From positions 372,001 through 436,000 of the forward strand of contig OW569369.1 in NCBI GenBank assembly GCA_937625935.1: 64,000 nt of DNA, read 5' to 3'. Source of the stretch: Tetramitus jugosus. Its lineage: Eukaryota > Protista > Heterolobosea. Below are positions 12,001-23,710 of the stretch, one piece after another. Position 1 is the stretch's first letter. Every line of letters begins with the position of its first letter. The translations under genes were made by a program, and so were the position numbers. The notes under the pieces were generated by a model. It was given only the letters and a program-made list of their open reading frames with translations, did not search any database and was not told where the DNA came from.

Positions 12001-13005
12001 GTGCGTCGTACTCGATGATGTGGATGAGCTCATTGTCGAATGCTGATGCGACTGTGCACTACTACTACTACTATTCGTGTTACTACTATCCACACTATTC
12101 ATCATCATCATCATTGGTTTGTTCACTGGAATCAAATCCAAATCACAATTCAACGCATGAGCCAATTCATTATACGATTCTAGTTCGACGACATTGGACA
12201 GCGATGGATAAGAGTATTGATAGTTTTTAGCGGGTTGAGCAATCATGGCACCAGCAATGTACATGGTATCCAGTGGAGCACCCAACAAGTCTCTCAATCG
12301 ATAAACATGCATTCTCGCTTCCTTTTCATCATACAAGGCTTTTTGTACACACAAAAATTGTGTCAGTCAACTTTCACTACTTGCACATTGAAACATCACA
12401 CATATCATCACACATTGAAAAATAGAATAGATCACAGTTGAACACAGAAGACATACATGGAACCATCTTGATGGCAGCATCAGGCTGTACTTCATCATAA
12501 CTCTCAATATCAGTAAAGTCCTCCAACACTCGATCACCAATCTTCAATTGATAATTGGTAATGTAACATGTTTCAATGCACTCTGCCAAAACTTGTTTAA
12601 TTTCAATCGTAGTGTCCGATCTTGAAATCTGATGATTGTCACAACCAATGATCAAGAAAAAAAAAACGTGTTTCAATTATTTGGGTGAGTGTGAGAATGA
12701 TTTGACAAATGATGGCAAGAAACATGAACAATACAACATACTTGGACACGCAATTTTGCACCTGTTGGTGTCTGAATCAAAATGACAAAAATTTCATGAG
12801 GTTCCATCAAATCATCCTCCTCCTCATTCATATCGATATCGGCATCACCCATCGCATAATGTTGTTCATTATCACCGTCCATTGGATGATTATGATGATT
12901 TAGCATTTCATGTTCATGATGTTGTTGTTGTTGTTGATTTTCATGTGGTTGTGATTGTGATTGTGATTGTGGTTGTTGTGGTTGTTTCTTTGGTGCTTTG
13001 GTCAT
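9007..13005 (-). CDS. CLU1: Clustered mitochondria protein (CLU1/CLUH); 3 exons 13005-12742, 12628-12457, 12338-9007
   Basis: FNPP...RGDLFYLEVQTLE, REWNEEYQ, DYKGHRVLAQSIIPGIL, GSDGRFYVLDL, GINMRYLG, C-terminal TPRs. GTATGT...AG introns join in frame to give MVPSLYDEKEARMHVYRLRDLL. Confidence 0.93.
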
Positions 13006-13516
13006 GATGTGGAGAAAGAGATGAGAGAAAATAAGGTGTAAAATAAGGTGTGAATAAAAAGGTGTTTTGTTTTTTGATTGTGTGAAACGATTGAAGCGCT
13101 GTGCAAAGCTCGTGTTGTTTGTTATTCCGGTGAGGGATAAAATTCCGGTAATTTAGCCTCAAATCGCAGGTTCATGAGGAAAGGAAATGGCTTGATCAAA
13201 ATCGTGTTTCCTGATTGCTGAACTTGCTCTTCGACTGCGAGCAGGAACCCCTCATCTCGTGAAATTCAAGCGGATCATTCCTCCACTTGTGCTCCTCTTA
13301 CCTCGGCCGTCATGCTGACACACCAGAAAAATGAGCGCCAGACAAATTGACCTCCGGAAATGCAAAATTAGACTGTTCAAACAACAAGAACAAAAAGAAA
13401 GAGCAAGAGCTTGTTTCACCCTCTTATTATTATTCTTTATAGAGCGGTGGAGATTGATCAAAAAACAATCATTCAAAAACACTGAATTTACACACCAAAC
13501 TAACTCACTCACACAA

Positions 13517-14957
13517 ATGACCATATCACCATCTCTTCCCTCATCCTTCAACGCATCATTGGACAGTGGTACTGGTGCAGTTACTTCGCAATTCGTCGAT
13601 CCATCCAAAGTCATTCTCCACACTGAACCTTCGTGCACGGTTCAACATTGGCAACTGAGAGATTTGGTTCAATGTTGTCAAGATGATCCAACGAAACTGT
13701 ACTATGTCAATCATAGATCAGTGTATCGGTATGATACCATCACTAGAAAGGTATGGACTTATTCGCAGCTGAATTCATCATGTGTTGGTGGTTGTGTTTT
13801 GTGCATGTTTATGTGTTAAGTGTGGAAATATGTTCGCTTAACTTGATTTTTTCTAATAATGTTTGTTTGTGTGTGTGTACAAATGGTAATTGTTTTACAC
13901 GTAAACATAGTCCACTTTGGTTCAATCTGTTGATTTTACTCCTGTTTCCATGAGTGTCAATAATGGTTATTTGGTGACTGGTGGACACGAAGCTCAACTC
14001 TCTGTAAAATCATTGAGTGACAATGAAGTCATTCGAACGTATTATCATGTCGGTGGCACGATCAACAATGGGTGTCACATATCGTCTCACCTATGGACAG
14101 ATAGTCCACTCAACAATCATCGAACACCTCGACTCTTTGTGTCAAACAATGACAACACTGTAAAGGTTTATAAACTGCCATCGTTGGCACTGGTTCAGTC
14201 GTTTGAGATGGGAGTAGCATGTAATTTTACGTCGACAACAAGAGATGGGAAACTTATGGCTTCGGTCAGCGATCAAAACGATCTGTTTTTGTATGATATA
14301 TCGTCATTGAATGGCTCAACAACATTGAGCGAACAAGGAACAACAACTACGACAACGACAGGAGGAAGTTTGAATACCAATAATAATAATAATTGTCGAT
14401 TGATTGCCAAGATGCAAGAGTACACAGATGGAGGATTCAGTTGCACATTTGATCCAACAGGCACTAAATTAGCGGCTGCCAGTCAAGATGGAACAGTTGT
14501 GGTTTGGGACTTGAGAAACACGAGACAATGCCTGAGGAAATTCGAAGGAAAGCAAAAGGAGCAGCGAGGTGCATGTCGGAATGTAAAGTTCTCTCCAGTT
14601 GGTTGCATCGATTTGTTGATATTTAGCGAGCATGAGTCCTATGTGCACATTGTAGATATGAGGACGTTTGAACATCAGATTTTATCTGTGTCTGACAATA
14701 TACCGAGTGAGATACGATCCAACAGAGGCACCAATACCTCGAGTAATACTTTTGGAGTGATTGGTGGTGGCATAGGAGGCGAAACCGAGACGAGGAGGCG
14801 TACGTTCCTGGTGGGTCGAAGTTCAATCAATGACATTTGTGGTATCGATTTCAATTGTGATAGTAGTAGCATCTTTGTGGGACTGACGGATCTCATTCAA
14901 GAATATCCTGTCGACTTACTCAAGAGAAGATCGTTTGCCAAGGGAAGCATGTGTTAA
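13517..14957 (+). CDS. WD40 protein, DUF2415/Gid11-like; 2 exons 13517-13750, 13911-14957
   Basis: VQHWQLRDLV motif, SNNDNTVK, AAASQDG..VWDLR, RNVKFSP..DLLIFSEH; phase-0 GT-AG intron joins both ORFs. Confidence 0.85.
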
Positions 14958-15329
14958 TTGTCATTCAAAAGAAGAATCCATCATGCATGCAAACTCACAA
15001 TACATCACCATAATCAGTTTGTAGAATGGGGAACTATTGAAAACGCTCCGCGGAGGGTCGTGACTTTTTGTTTGACAAATTTCGCGGCTACACGTGGCCA
15101 AATAAGGTCCCCTCATTGCCTCAATGAGGAAGACGCAATGTGCCGTTTTTTGTGCACAAACATGGAAAGTGAAACAAAGCACATCTTCCATCATTCTTGT
15201 TGTTCCTCTCACCTCACTGAACCAAGTTTGGCTCATGTGCACAATAACACGCAATTCAAACCAACATCGATAAAACCACTATCAGCCACACCACACCACC
15301 AGCGTTCCAATCACAACACAAAAAACTAA

Positions 15330-15737
15330 ATGAAAACTCCATCACAAAAAGCCGCCAAAGTCGCTCAGATCGCCATCGAAGAGCTTCGACATCTCATTGA
15401 TGGACATGGTGAAAGTCATACGTTGATCGACGTGCGGACCACAGATGAAGTCTCTGCTGGACAACCTTTTGCGTTACTGCCCACTGCACACAGCATTCCC
15501 TTTTCAGAGTTTTCCGTGGCATTCAACTTACCAGACAAGGAGTTTGAACAAAAGTATCACTTTGAGAAACCGAAGAAGCAATCTTTGGTGATTGTGTATT
15601 GTCAGCATGGTGCCCGGTCAAGTATATCAGCATCTCATCTCGTCACTGATTGTCAATATACTCGCGTATTTCACTTTAGAGGCGGAGCGGCGCAATGGTA
15701 CTCTTCCCCTGATTATTTTTATCGGATGATCCTTTGA
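15330..15737 (+). CDS. Single-domain rhodanese/thiosulfate sulfurtransferase
   Basis: LIDVR, LPTAHSIP, F..KY.FEKP, IVYCQHGARS active-site loop, GG...W. Confidence 0.9.
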   Translation: MKTPSQKAAKVAQIAIEELRHLIDGHGESHTLIDVRTTDEVSAGQPFALLPTAHSIPFSEFSVAFNLPDKEFEQKYHFEKPKKQSLVIVYCQHGARSSISASHLVTDCQYTRVFHFRGGAAQWYSSPDYFYRMIL

Positions 15738-16011
15738 TCGTCACATGGTTGTCGTTGAACATTGACTACAGTACACATGTTCCCTTTGAATGAACCACAC
15801 ATCTGGACCCACACCCGCAAAAGCTTTCATGGAATGCCAATCTAATTCTCATTTTGAGAGGAGAGCTTCTTGATTAATGAAGATCACCCTTTTGTTGAAG
15901 AATAAAAGCTAACTGACAGAGAAACAACAAAAAGAATTCAAAACAACAATAGATAAAGCATCAGTAATGCATCAATACAGCTAGAATCTGTTCTACCACC
16001 AACAACAACAA

Positions 16012-16771
16012 CAACTGAAAATGATTACACACCTACATCACACGTATCATCGTCTTTCAAGGACCACTGTTGTTTTGCTCCTGGTGTTCCTATTGACATC
16101 ATTTTCTTCGTTCAAGCAAACATCATCCTTGTTGCTTCCACGAATTGACAAGTGTCCAATTCAACATGAACAATCTTTCCAACAACAACAACAACAACAA
16201 CATCAATATCGCTCTCAACCACCATTCAAATCAAAATTTAATGTCAACCACAGTTTTAATGATCATTCTGTTGTTGTTGTTGAAACAACAAAATTTGATC
16301 AATTCAAACAACAACAGCAACTAAAGCAACAACGACATGAAGACGATCATCATCACCATCCAACGAGGAGATTCTCCTTTCCCATTTTTCATCATCAACG
16401 ATCTCATTATTATCATAACCAGTGTCCCTATATTGTCAATCGTCAGAGTCATCATTATCACCATATCACGAATACGAATGATAATAATAGCAAGAGGATG
16501 GATCGAAAAACCAAGACATTGGATTCATGGAATCAATCATCTAAGGCGCGTATCAATCATCATGATGTAGCAACGCCATCACCATTGTCATCACCGTCAC
16601 CGTCATCCTTGTTAGTTTTGGATGATTTGATGAATGATCATGTCATGTCTTCTGGGGACAATATAACGAACGACGACAAGAAGAAGAAGAGGATGATTAA
16701 GAATGATGCGACGACTACTGCCGAGGAATCGAACACGAGCCGTGTTGTTGATCAAGAGAATGACACTACTT
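16012..16771 (+). repeat. Direct repeat copy 1: duplicated 5' end of the SUN-domain gene
   Basis: Near-identical to 26637-27413 from ggaccactgttgttttgctcc to gttgttgatcaagaga..actactt; differs by a few substitutions and in-frame microsatellite indels. Confidence 0.95.
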
Positions 16772-16788
16772 TGTCTTTGGTGTCTTAG
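16021..16788 (+). pseudogene. Truncated paralogue of the SUN gene (signal peptide + low-complexity N-terminus only, 255 aa)
   Basis: ORF matches the first ~255 aa of 26645-29245, then stops just past the island junction; no SUN domain. Confidence 0.75.
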
Positions 16789-17619
16789 GCTCAGCTTCTG
16801 CGTCAACATCAGGCACCCGTGTTGACGACTTTTTGGTAGGAACCTTCTTCGGTGCAGATTGAACCGGTTTGGAGGGTGGAGTGGATTGTTCTAGATTCCC
16901 AATCCATGTCTTCGGCTAGCTTAATAATGGTCTCTACTGTACTGTTGGATGGCATGTTATGATCAAGAGGTTGTATGATAGGCTCAGTAACTGCAATGAT
17001 ATGAGTTGTGCTTTGGTTTGTGGGTACTGTTTGTGATTGAGAATTGGCTTCGACTGGATCTTTGTCGTCGCTTTTAAACCTTTCGGTTGACACCATTTCA
17101 GGGTTGGATTTGGATGTGCAAACCTGGTGGCACGGAATTTGTCTTCGAGCAGCAATTCGACTCGAATTTGATTCAATATTTCGTTGTGTCATTTTCACAG
17201 GCGGTGAATACAACGTCAAGAACATTGTCCATCGATGAAGTCGGAGCAAACAATAGACCTACCATGAGACTTTTGAATTAAATCCTTTCTGAGGGATACG
17301 AGCGTCTGATTGCATCAACAATACCATGTTCAGAGTCGGTACCAACAACTTTGATCGTACAACCTGGCTCCCATGTACTTACCTGATTGAATCATTTGAT
17401 TCACCACTGTTTGGTCTCCTGATTAATTCTCACAGGAGGTGCTGATTTGTTCTTTGAATTCCCATGTGGAGAGGACGTGAAACTCTATTGTATAATTCTT
17501 GCGTGCTCCCACCAATTATCTAATGCTCTATCATATCTACAACATAACTTTTGATGGTCCTAAAAGCAGACAGAAATTTGACCTCGAATGGAATGAAACT
17601 CGGCATTGTCGGACACTAT

Positions 17620-18170
17620 TACAGTGAAGATTTTAACATGCCGAATTTGAAGGGTTTTGTATCAGATAGAGATTTAGTGTTGACAGCCGTTACTAACAAT
17701 GGTCTGGCTCTTCAATTTGCCACTGGAGATGTGAAGGACCGTGAAGTCGTACTGACTGCTGTTAAACAGAATAGATTGGCTTGGCGTTTCGCATCCATCG
17801 ACTATACACAAGATATAGAAGTGGTTAAAGAGACAGTCCAGAACAAGGGAGAGAAATCAAAGATTTTATGAAGGAGATTGTGGGCATTAATGATCGATTC
17901 TTGGACTGGGCTTCTGATAAATAGAAGAAAGATGGAGGAAAACGATAAGGGTATCGTCAAAATGGCAGTCGCAAGCAATAGAAGCGCCTTGCAATATGCT
18001 TCCGATCAACTTCGGAACAATCAAGAGATCGTTCTCGTAGCTGTGAAGAAACAATCGAGCTCGATTCATCCCGCAACAAAAAAGATTTTGTCATAATATT
18101 AGTCACCAAAGAAAGGATTCCCTCTGCTCTTTCTCATGCATCCTCGCAACTTAGACGTGTCTCTCAGTGA
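17620..18170 (+). pseudogene. DUF4116 repeat protein remnant
   Basis: Repeated DRDLVLTAVTNNGLALQFA / DREVVLTAVKQNRLAWRFAS / DKGIVKMAVASNRSALQYASDQLRNNQEIVLVAVK units, interrupted by a stop and frameshifts. Confidence 0.8.
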
Positions 18171-19619
18171 GATCATTAATGGGTAATACGACGTTCCTTG
18201 AACATAAAACTTTTGCGCAGTCAACCATCTTGTCAGTCAACCAAAATAAACACCAAACTCAAAAAACAAAACAATCGACATGAGGCGTTCTACAAGAGGG
18301 AGGTGTAACAATGTTAGACCGCTTCTGGACAACACCACCAGCCACATCGTTGTAGAGGGCATGCACAATACCTCGCCTGTCAGGTCTATAAGAGAGTCAG
18401 AACGTCAGGAAGTTAAACTACAATCACGTCCACTGTTCAATGCTATTCATAGTTTAGGAAAGCATTCAGATTCTACCTTCAAGTGGTCAGGAGTATTGTG
18501 GACGAAATGCAAGCAAGATGTCTCGGTACAAAGGAATGTACAGCAACGGATCGTAATTTTTGTTTGTTCTTATCAAGAGGATTACTTATTATAAAAACCG
18601 AAAAAAAGTGTTTCCACACGGGAAACACTCGCTGGGCCATAAAAACGACATTTTTTGGCAAGACCTTGTACACGGCAGTTAGATACTCTTCCATCACAAA
18701 TCGGAACCGGATGCTGCTGGAGACTCCGCACATCTCGTTTTTAATACAACAAATTCATTCTCTTCTTGGAATATTGTTTTGATCCCTTCTTCAGGGATTC
18801 GTTGCGAGGGCCTCCACTACCGTCTGGCCTCACCTAGAATGCACTTACTACTGTCCTCTCCCTTCACAACATAACCTCCATAGCGACATGTTTTAAAATT
18901 GTTCAGAACTGAGTCCGGGTTTCTATTCTGCTCATCAAAAAGTGCAATACCATGACCTTCTAATTTGTCTTTTACACTCTTCTTCGCCTTCTTCTGCACA
19001 TTTCCCTAAATACACATCGCCTGTTCTTCACCACTCATTTGACAAAATCCGGAGATTGCTTCTAGGTGCAGCACGAGATATATACCTATTAATATATGCA
19101 CTCAAGCTTGACTGATGAATATTCATATTTTTGCAACGAACTTGTGTTTGTGTTTTATAGTAGTCAATCCAGTCCAACTCCTCTTTAGAAAGACAGCTCT
19201 TCCTAATTTCTAGATTTTGTCTCCACTATTTGTATCCAACTGTGCTACTTTTTTGTGGTAAATTTTTGTTGGTTAGAGTTGCAAATTGGTGTGCACGTGT
19301 TCTCGCCCAAAGATATTCAATCAAAAAAAGGAGAATACTGTATTCATTGCATAATTGGAAAGAAATTGAAAAAAATGGTAGTACACTAACTAAAGTATTA
19401 AATACTCACAATTTTCCTTCTTTTGTAATGACAAAGAAGGATTATTCTGAAACAAGTAACCCAAAATAGCGAATGGAGATCACCATTTCCTACAGAATTT
19501 TGTAACAATCATCATAAATTTCCCAAAATTTTTTTAAGCAGTAATTCTATTAAAGAGCAGAATAATAGAAGGTATGAAATTATTGACTCAAAATTTCGCC
19601 AATTCAAGCTGAGTACAAA

Positions 19620-20050
19620 TGACTCCCTTCCAATCATTCAAAATCAATCTGAGAAGGAAAAAGAGAGAGAAACTTTTATCGAACTCGAAGATGATGCCAT
19701 ATGTAAGATACAGAGACAATCTTCGAAAGAGAATTATTCTCCGATGTTGTTATGGGACAATCTGGAGGAATGTCTTATCCATCAAGTCAATCGTTTGTCA
19801 TTGAAAGTACCTCCGAAAAAGTTAAGAAGAAACCTGGTCGCCCAAAGAGGACTTCGGATGAATTCAAAGACCAAATGGACGGTCAAAGAGAACTCATTGT
19901 TTCGCAGGACAGTTCGCAAGGGATTTCTTTAGAGCAATCTCCTCTAAAACGACCAAGAGAAGACAAATTATCATCCAACAACAAGAAAAGATAGGGGAGC
20001 GATTCCGTAGATGAAGGCACAGGAATTTCAAGAACAACATCAAGTTTTGT
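19620..20050 (+). pseudogene. Fragmented AT-hook-containing ORF
   Basis: KKKPGRPKR AT-hook and PLKRPR in ORF 19752-19994; protein-like text continues across frameshifts and a stop. Confidence 0.4.
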
Positions 20051-20308
20051 GGAAATGATGCTACAGTGGCTGGTAGACCCAGACATACAATGACAGTGAC
20101 AGAGAAGAGTTTCCAGGAAATTTTTCAAAAGAATTCCGAAGTTATGTGTTTGACGAATGTCATTTCCCACCCAGAAAAAACAATACACAATAGGAGGTCC
20201 ACGGGTAGTTAAGAAAGATGAGTTTGATGAGAAATTTCACTCATTTCACGATCAAAAACCTTCGACAATCATCTCATTTGATTCATAGAGAGTTCAACCA
20301 TCGGCTGA

Positions 20309-20806
20309 TTGGGGTATTCGAAGGAAAGGATAAGCTTCTTGGGCTCTTACACCTCTTATGGCCAAGCACGAGAGGACGAAAGAAATTTAAATACTGAATT
20401 GGTATCTCTTAGAAGAGGAAAAGAGTTAAAAGGACGATGCTCGTTTCCAGTTTTCGATTCTTGGCTGAGTCGATATCACTTCTGCTCATTACACGCTGTC
20501 TTAGCAATTGGCAGGGGAATTATAAAATAATTAACATACAAGTGTATCAGAAGACAATTTCAAGAATCGACATCTGAACTTGAATGTATTGAAAAACTTA
20601 AGGACGTGGAACTTTTGTTTCTCAACTATGGAATGGATCTGGAGGAGTTGGAGTGTGTTGCCAAATCTGATGACGCAATGAGAGATCTGGCGAATTTCTG
20701 TCAAAAGTACAGTATTTCTGTCCACAAGGAGCTTATGGGGACTGTTGCTGAAATTCAAAAGTGGTATGGTAATTTGAAGAATCATTTGATGAGGAATGGA
20801 CTTTGA
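20309..20806 (+). mobile_element. Possible second Transib/RAG1-like transposase fragment
   Basis: PVF....YHFCSLHAVLAIGRGIIK resembles the PLF...xxLHxxLRI block of RAG1/Transib-like transposases; the frame continues after one stop. Confidence 0.35.
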
Positions 20807-21024
20807 ATCAGATAGAACCAGTCATCTATCACTTTTTCAATCTCAGTTCATGGTATCTCTGTCTGATCAGGGATTCTTTTCGAGGAGTTAGAATTCATTT
20901 CAAATTGACATTCTTGGTGTTTTTTGTTTTGCCTTTGAGACTAATTTCTTCTATCACTGATCCGTCATGTGATCTTGTTTCATATTTCATGGCTATATCA
21001 AGTTGTTTTTTGCGATGGATATGT

Positions 21025-21496
21025 GAAACGCAATACCACAAGTTGACTTTGGATGGAGTACAGAGAGGTTTTGGTGTCACTAGTACAGCCCGTAGCAATT
21101 GTACCACAAACCTGTTCAAGGAAGTGGCAATGAAAAATTTGAAAGAGTGTGATGGTTTGAAACTATTCAGCTGCTTTTTACGACCCCTTTTCTGTGCGCG
21201 TCATGGAAGGATAAAGGATCGAAGCCAACAAATTTCTATTCGAATCTCCATGCCAATGATGTGGTTCATACATACAGATTTATTTTGGAAAACAGCGATT
21301 AGCTAATGTTCCATTAATTGCAGATGATTACACAAAGAATGGGATGGGTCATGTTGATGCCTTCAACATGAACATGGTCAATGAAAAGCCCTTACATAGG
21401 AATGCTTCCTGGAGACGTTGTTGCTTCGATGCAATGTTGAAGGTGGTCCTTGTGAATAGTTGGATCTGTAGGGCCAAATCACATGAAACTGGTTGA
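21025..21496 (+). mobile_element. piggyBac transposase remnant (C-terminal DDD region)
   Basis: Collinear motifs across frameshifts: HKLTLD, RGFGVTSTARSN, CASWKDKGSKPTNFYSNLH (~21204), PLIADDYTKNGMGHVD (21323), WRRCCFDAMLKVVLVNSWI. Confidence 0.8.
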
Positions 21497-21511
21497 AACT
21501 ATTGAAACTAG

Positions 21512-22377
21512 GATGACTCGATAGGCCATGATGTGGACATTGTAGTTGGCGTATTCATTTTGCTTGAAACATTGTATCCATCGAGATATAGCGTTTCTGA
21601 GTGTTTGCCTGTGATGCCGTTTGTGAAAAAAGAGCATGACTCGAAGCAAAAGAACAGTGCCAAGATTCAAGGAAGAAGAAGGAGAAGGAGTGATTTTACC
21701 AACAGAATCAGAATTTGATCCAGTCTCTAAAAGACTCTATCAAGCTGTTCAAAGTATGTTGTCCACAATTTTGAAACAACGTGGAGCATAGAAATGATAT
21801 ACACAAACGTACTGGCAGTGAACGTTTAAATGATATATATTTGTAATTCCAGATGATGATCACTTTGTATTCTTCACTGCAAGCAGAGTATCTCTTGAAA
21901 ATGATGGTACATGGGGAAAAGGCAAAAGCAGATGCAATGGAGAAGTTCTTATCCAACACTAAGGGATTGACAAACTTCAAAATCATTGAGAAAGTATCCA
22001 AAGTAGATCAAACTGTTCTGGGTTATGACATCAAAATGCTGAAGGGTGGTCAGTGCGATCTAGTCATTAAAAATTACAAAGAACTGATTGATGCTCTCCC
22101 AGGATTAGATAGAAATCAGAGTGCAATTCAGAGAAACATTTGGAAACTTTGGGAAAATATCGTCAAAAAGTATTTGGAAGTGAACTTCGGTAAGCCTCAA
22201 GTTACAGCAGACGTGGATACGTTTGCTAAATTGGTTAGACCTGCAAACTCCACTACTGGTAGTTTTCCATATTATATGCATATCATATGGGCACACCTTC
22301 CAGATGACTTTTTTTTCAGATTATTCCGTGGCCACATGACCAAATTCGTGTGTATTGTGAAAAGGAGTCTACCTTAG
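21512..22377 (+). mobile_element. Transib/RAG1-like transposase remnant
   Basis: Collinear blocks across frameshifts: SVSECLPVMPFVKKE, CCPQ (21757), LCILHCKQ (21863), MLKGGQC (22039), IWKLW, PYYMHIIWAHLP (22267). Compare RAG1 NSELCCKPL..DE, CTLC, ALH, MNGN and NYFHKTLAHVP. Confidence 0.6.
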
Positions 22378-23059
22378 ATGAGGCTTATGTAGTGCTCTTT
22401 GAAAATGAAAATTGTTTGTCGTATAGCACTACGTCCATGCCAAATGATGTCTCAGTTAGCTGAAAATGTTTGTGACTCAAGCAATGTGTTACAAAGAAAC
22501 AAAAGATATGAGGAGTCTGTTGTGAAAAACAATTACATAACTGCCGAGCAAGCTAAATCATATATTAATTATGCAGTAGTCAAAAAGAAATGACGAATGT
22601 AATGCGGGAATATGCTTCACTGATTCAACTTTGTAGTAAGTTGATTAAGAAGGATTCGGATGTTACAGCTAATGAACAGGAAGGAAAATACTTATTTTTA
22701 CAATATCACGGGAAAAATGGAAGGTATCTTGCAGAAGTTATCAGGAGTTGGTGATTGAAGTTAAAGATATTGTTGGCAATGATGTTATTCTTTCTTATAT
22801 GGAATCGGATCATGAAATAGCTCTGGAGAGACAAAAGGACTTCGAAGTTATTGGCGAGTTTACTGTGGTCGATTGTGAGGAACTCGGTGATGTTGAAAAT
22901 ACAATGTAAAATAAATTAGTGTTGGAGTTGTGGAAAATGAAACAGATTTTGTGATTTATTTTTTCTTTGTGAGTGGGTTGGTTTGTGTTTTTGCACTCTC
23001 CTCCAAATTTTTGTTTTTGGCTTACCCAAAAATCAAACAACCTCATTGTGGGTCAAATT

Positions 23060-23533
23060 GATTGTGATATATCGGGAACATATTCCTGATCATGAGAGGG
23101 AAATGTCTTCAATGGACAACGTAATAGGGTAATTATTCCAATATCATCTGGATACAATTCACCCTTTGGAATATCTATACGGCAATACAACTTTCTTCCA
23201 GTAATGCTGATAGCCTTTGAATCCTTTATCTAGGGCAATATACTCATCAGAATCAAGACTCTCCCAAACGGAATTCTCTGGAAGTGCAATCAATTGAGAG
23301 TATGTCTTACTTCCAATATACGTATCTGACAAACAATCATTAGCACTACAGAACACAAGTTTTGTAAATTTATGGCCATACTTCTTTCCAGAATACAAAA
23401 TCTTCACAATGCTCTTACTAACAGATTGCTCAACTCCATCCCCTACTAAATTTATCTGAACTCCTCTCCAACTAACTCCCAGACTATCTCTAATACTCCG
23501 GGGATGTAAACAGATGAAACTTACCCATACCAT
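23060..23533 (-). mobile_element. PIF/Harbinger (IS5-like, DDE_Tnp_4) transposase remnant
   Basis: VGDG...YSGKKYGHKFTK...YIGS...SLDSDEYIALDKGFKG...VLPYR, then a frameshifted IED block; typical of DDE_Tnp_4. Confidence 0.75.
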
Positions 23534-23710
23534 GAGAGAAACAAATGTAGCGTAATTGTATCTGTAGATTTGAGATGTGTCGCAATCTGCAATCCAAGCT
23601 AAAAGTCATCAACCACATTTTGTCTGATCCATATACTCCTACGGAATTTTGTTTTGCTTCACTTTACAAAAAAAGTTTTCCGTCGACAAAAATTGTGGCC
23701 ACACAAAAAT

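Noticed and set aside
16785-16827. Helitron-like 3' end on the minus strand (8-bp stem CGTCAACA/TGTTGACG followed 12 nt later by CTAA) at the island's left edge
   Set aside because: CTAA is followed by G rather than T, the homology breakpoint is ~14 nt further on, and no Rep/helicase remnant was seen.
18420-18520. Minus-strand FRPQYS...MNSIEQW resembling the Tc1/IS630 LPxYSPxLNPIE motif
   Set aside because: Spacing is wrong, stops intervene and no other DDE motifs were found; a plus-strand ATG with a host-type leader at 18280 is an equally good explanation.
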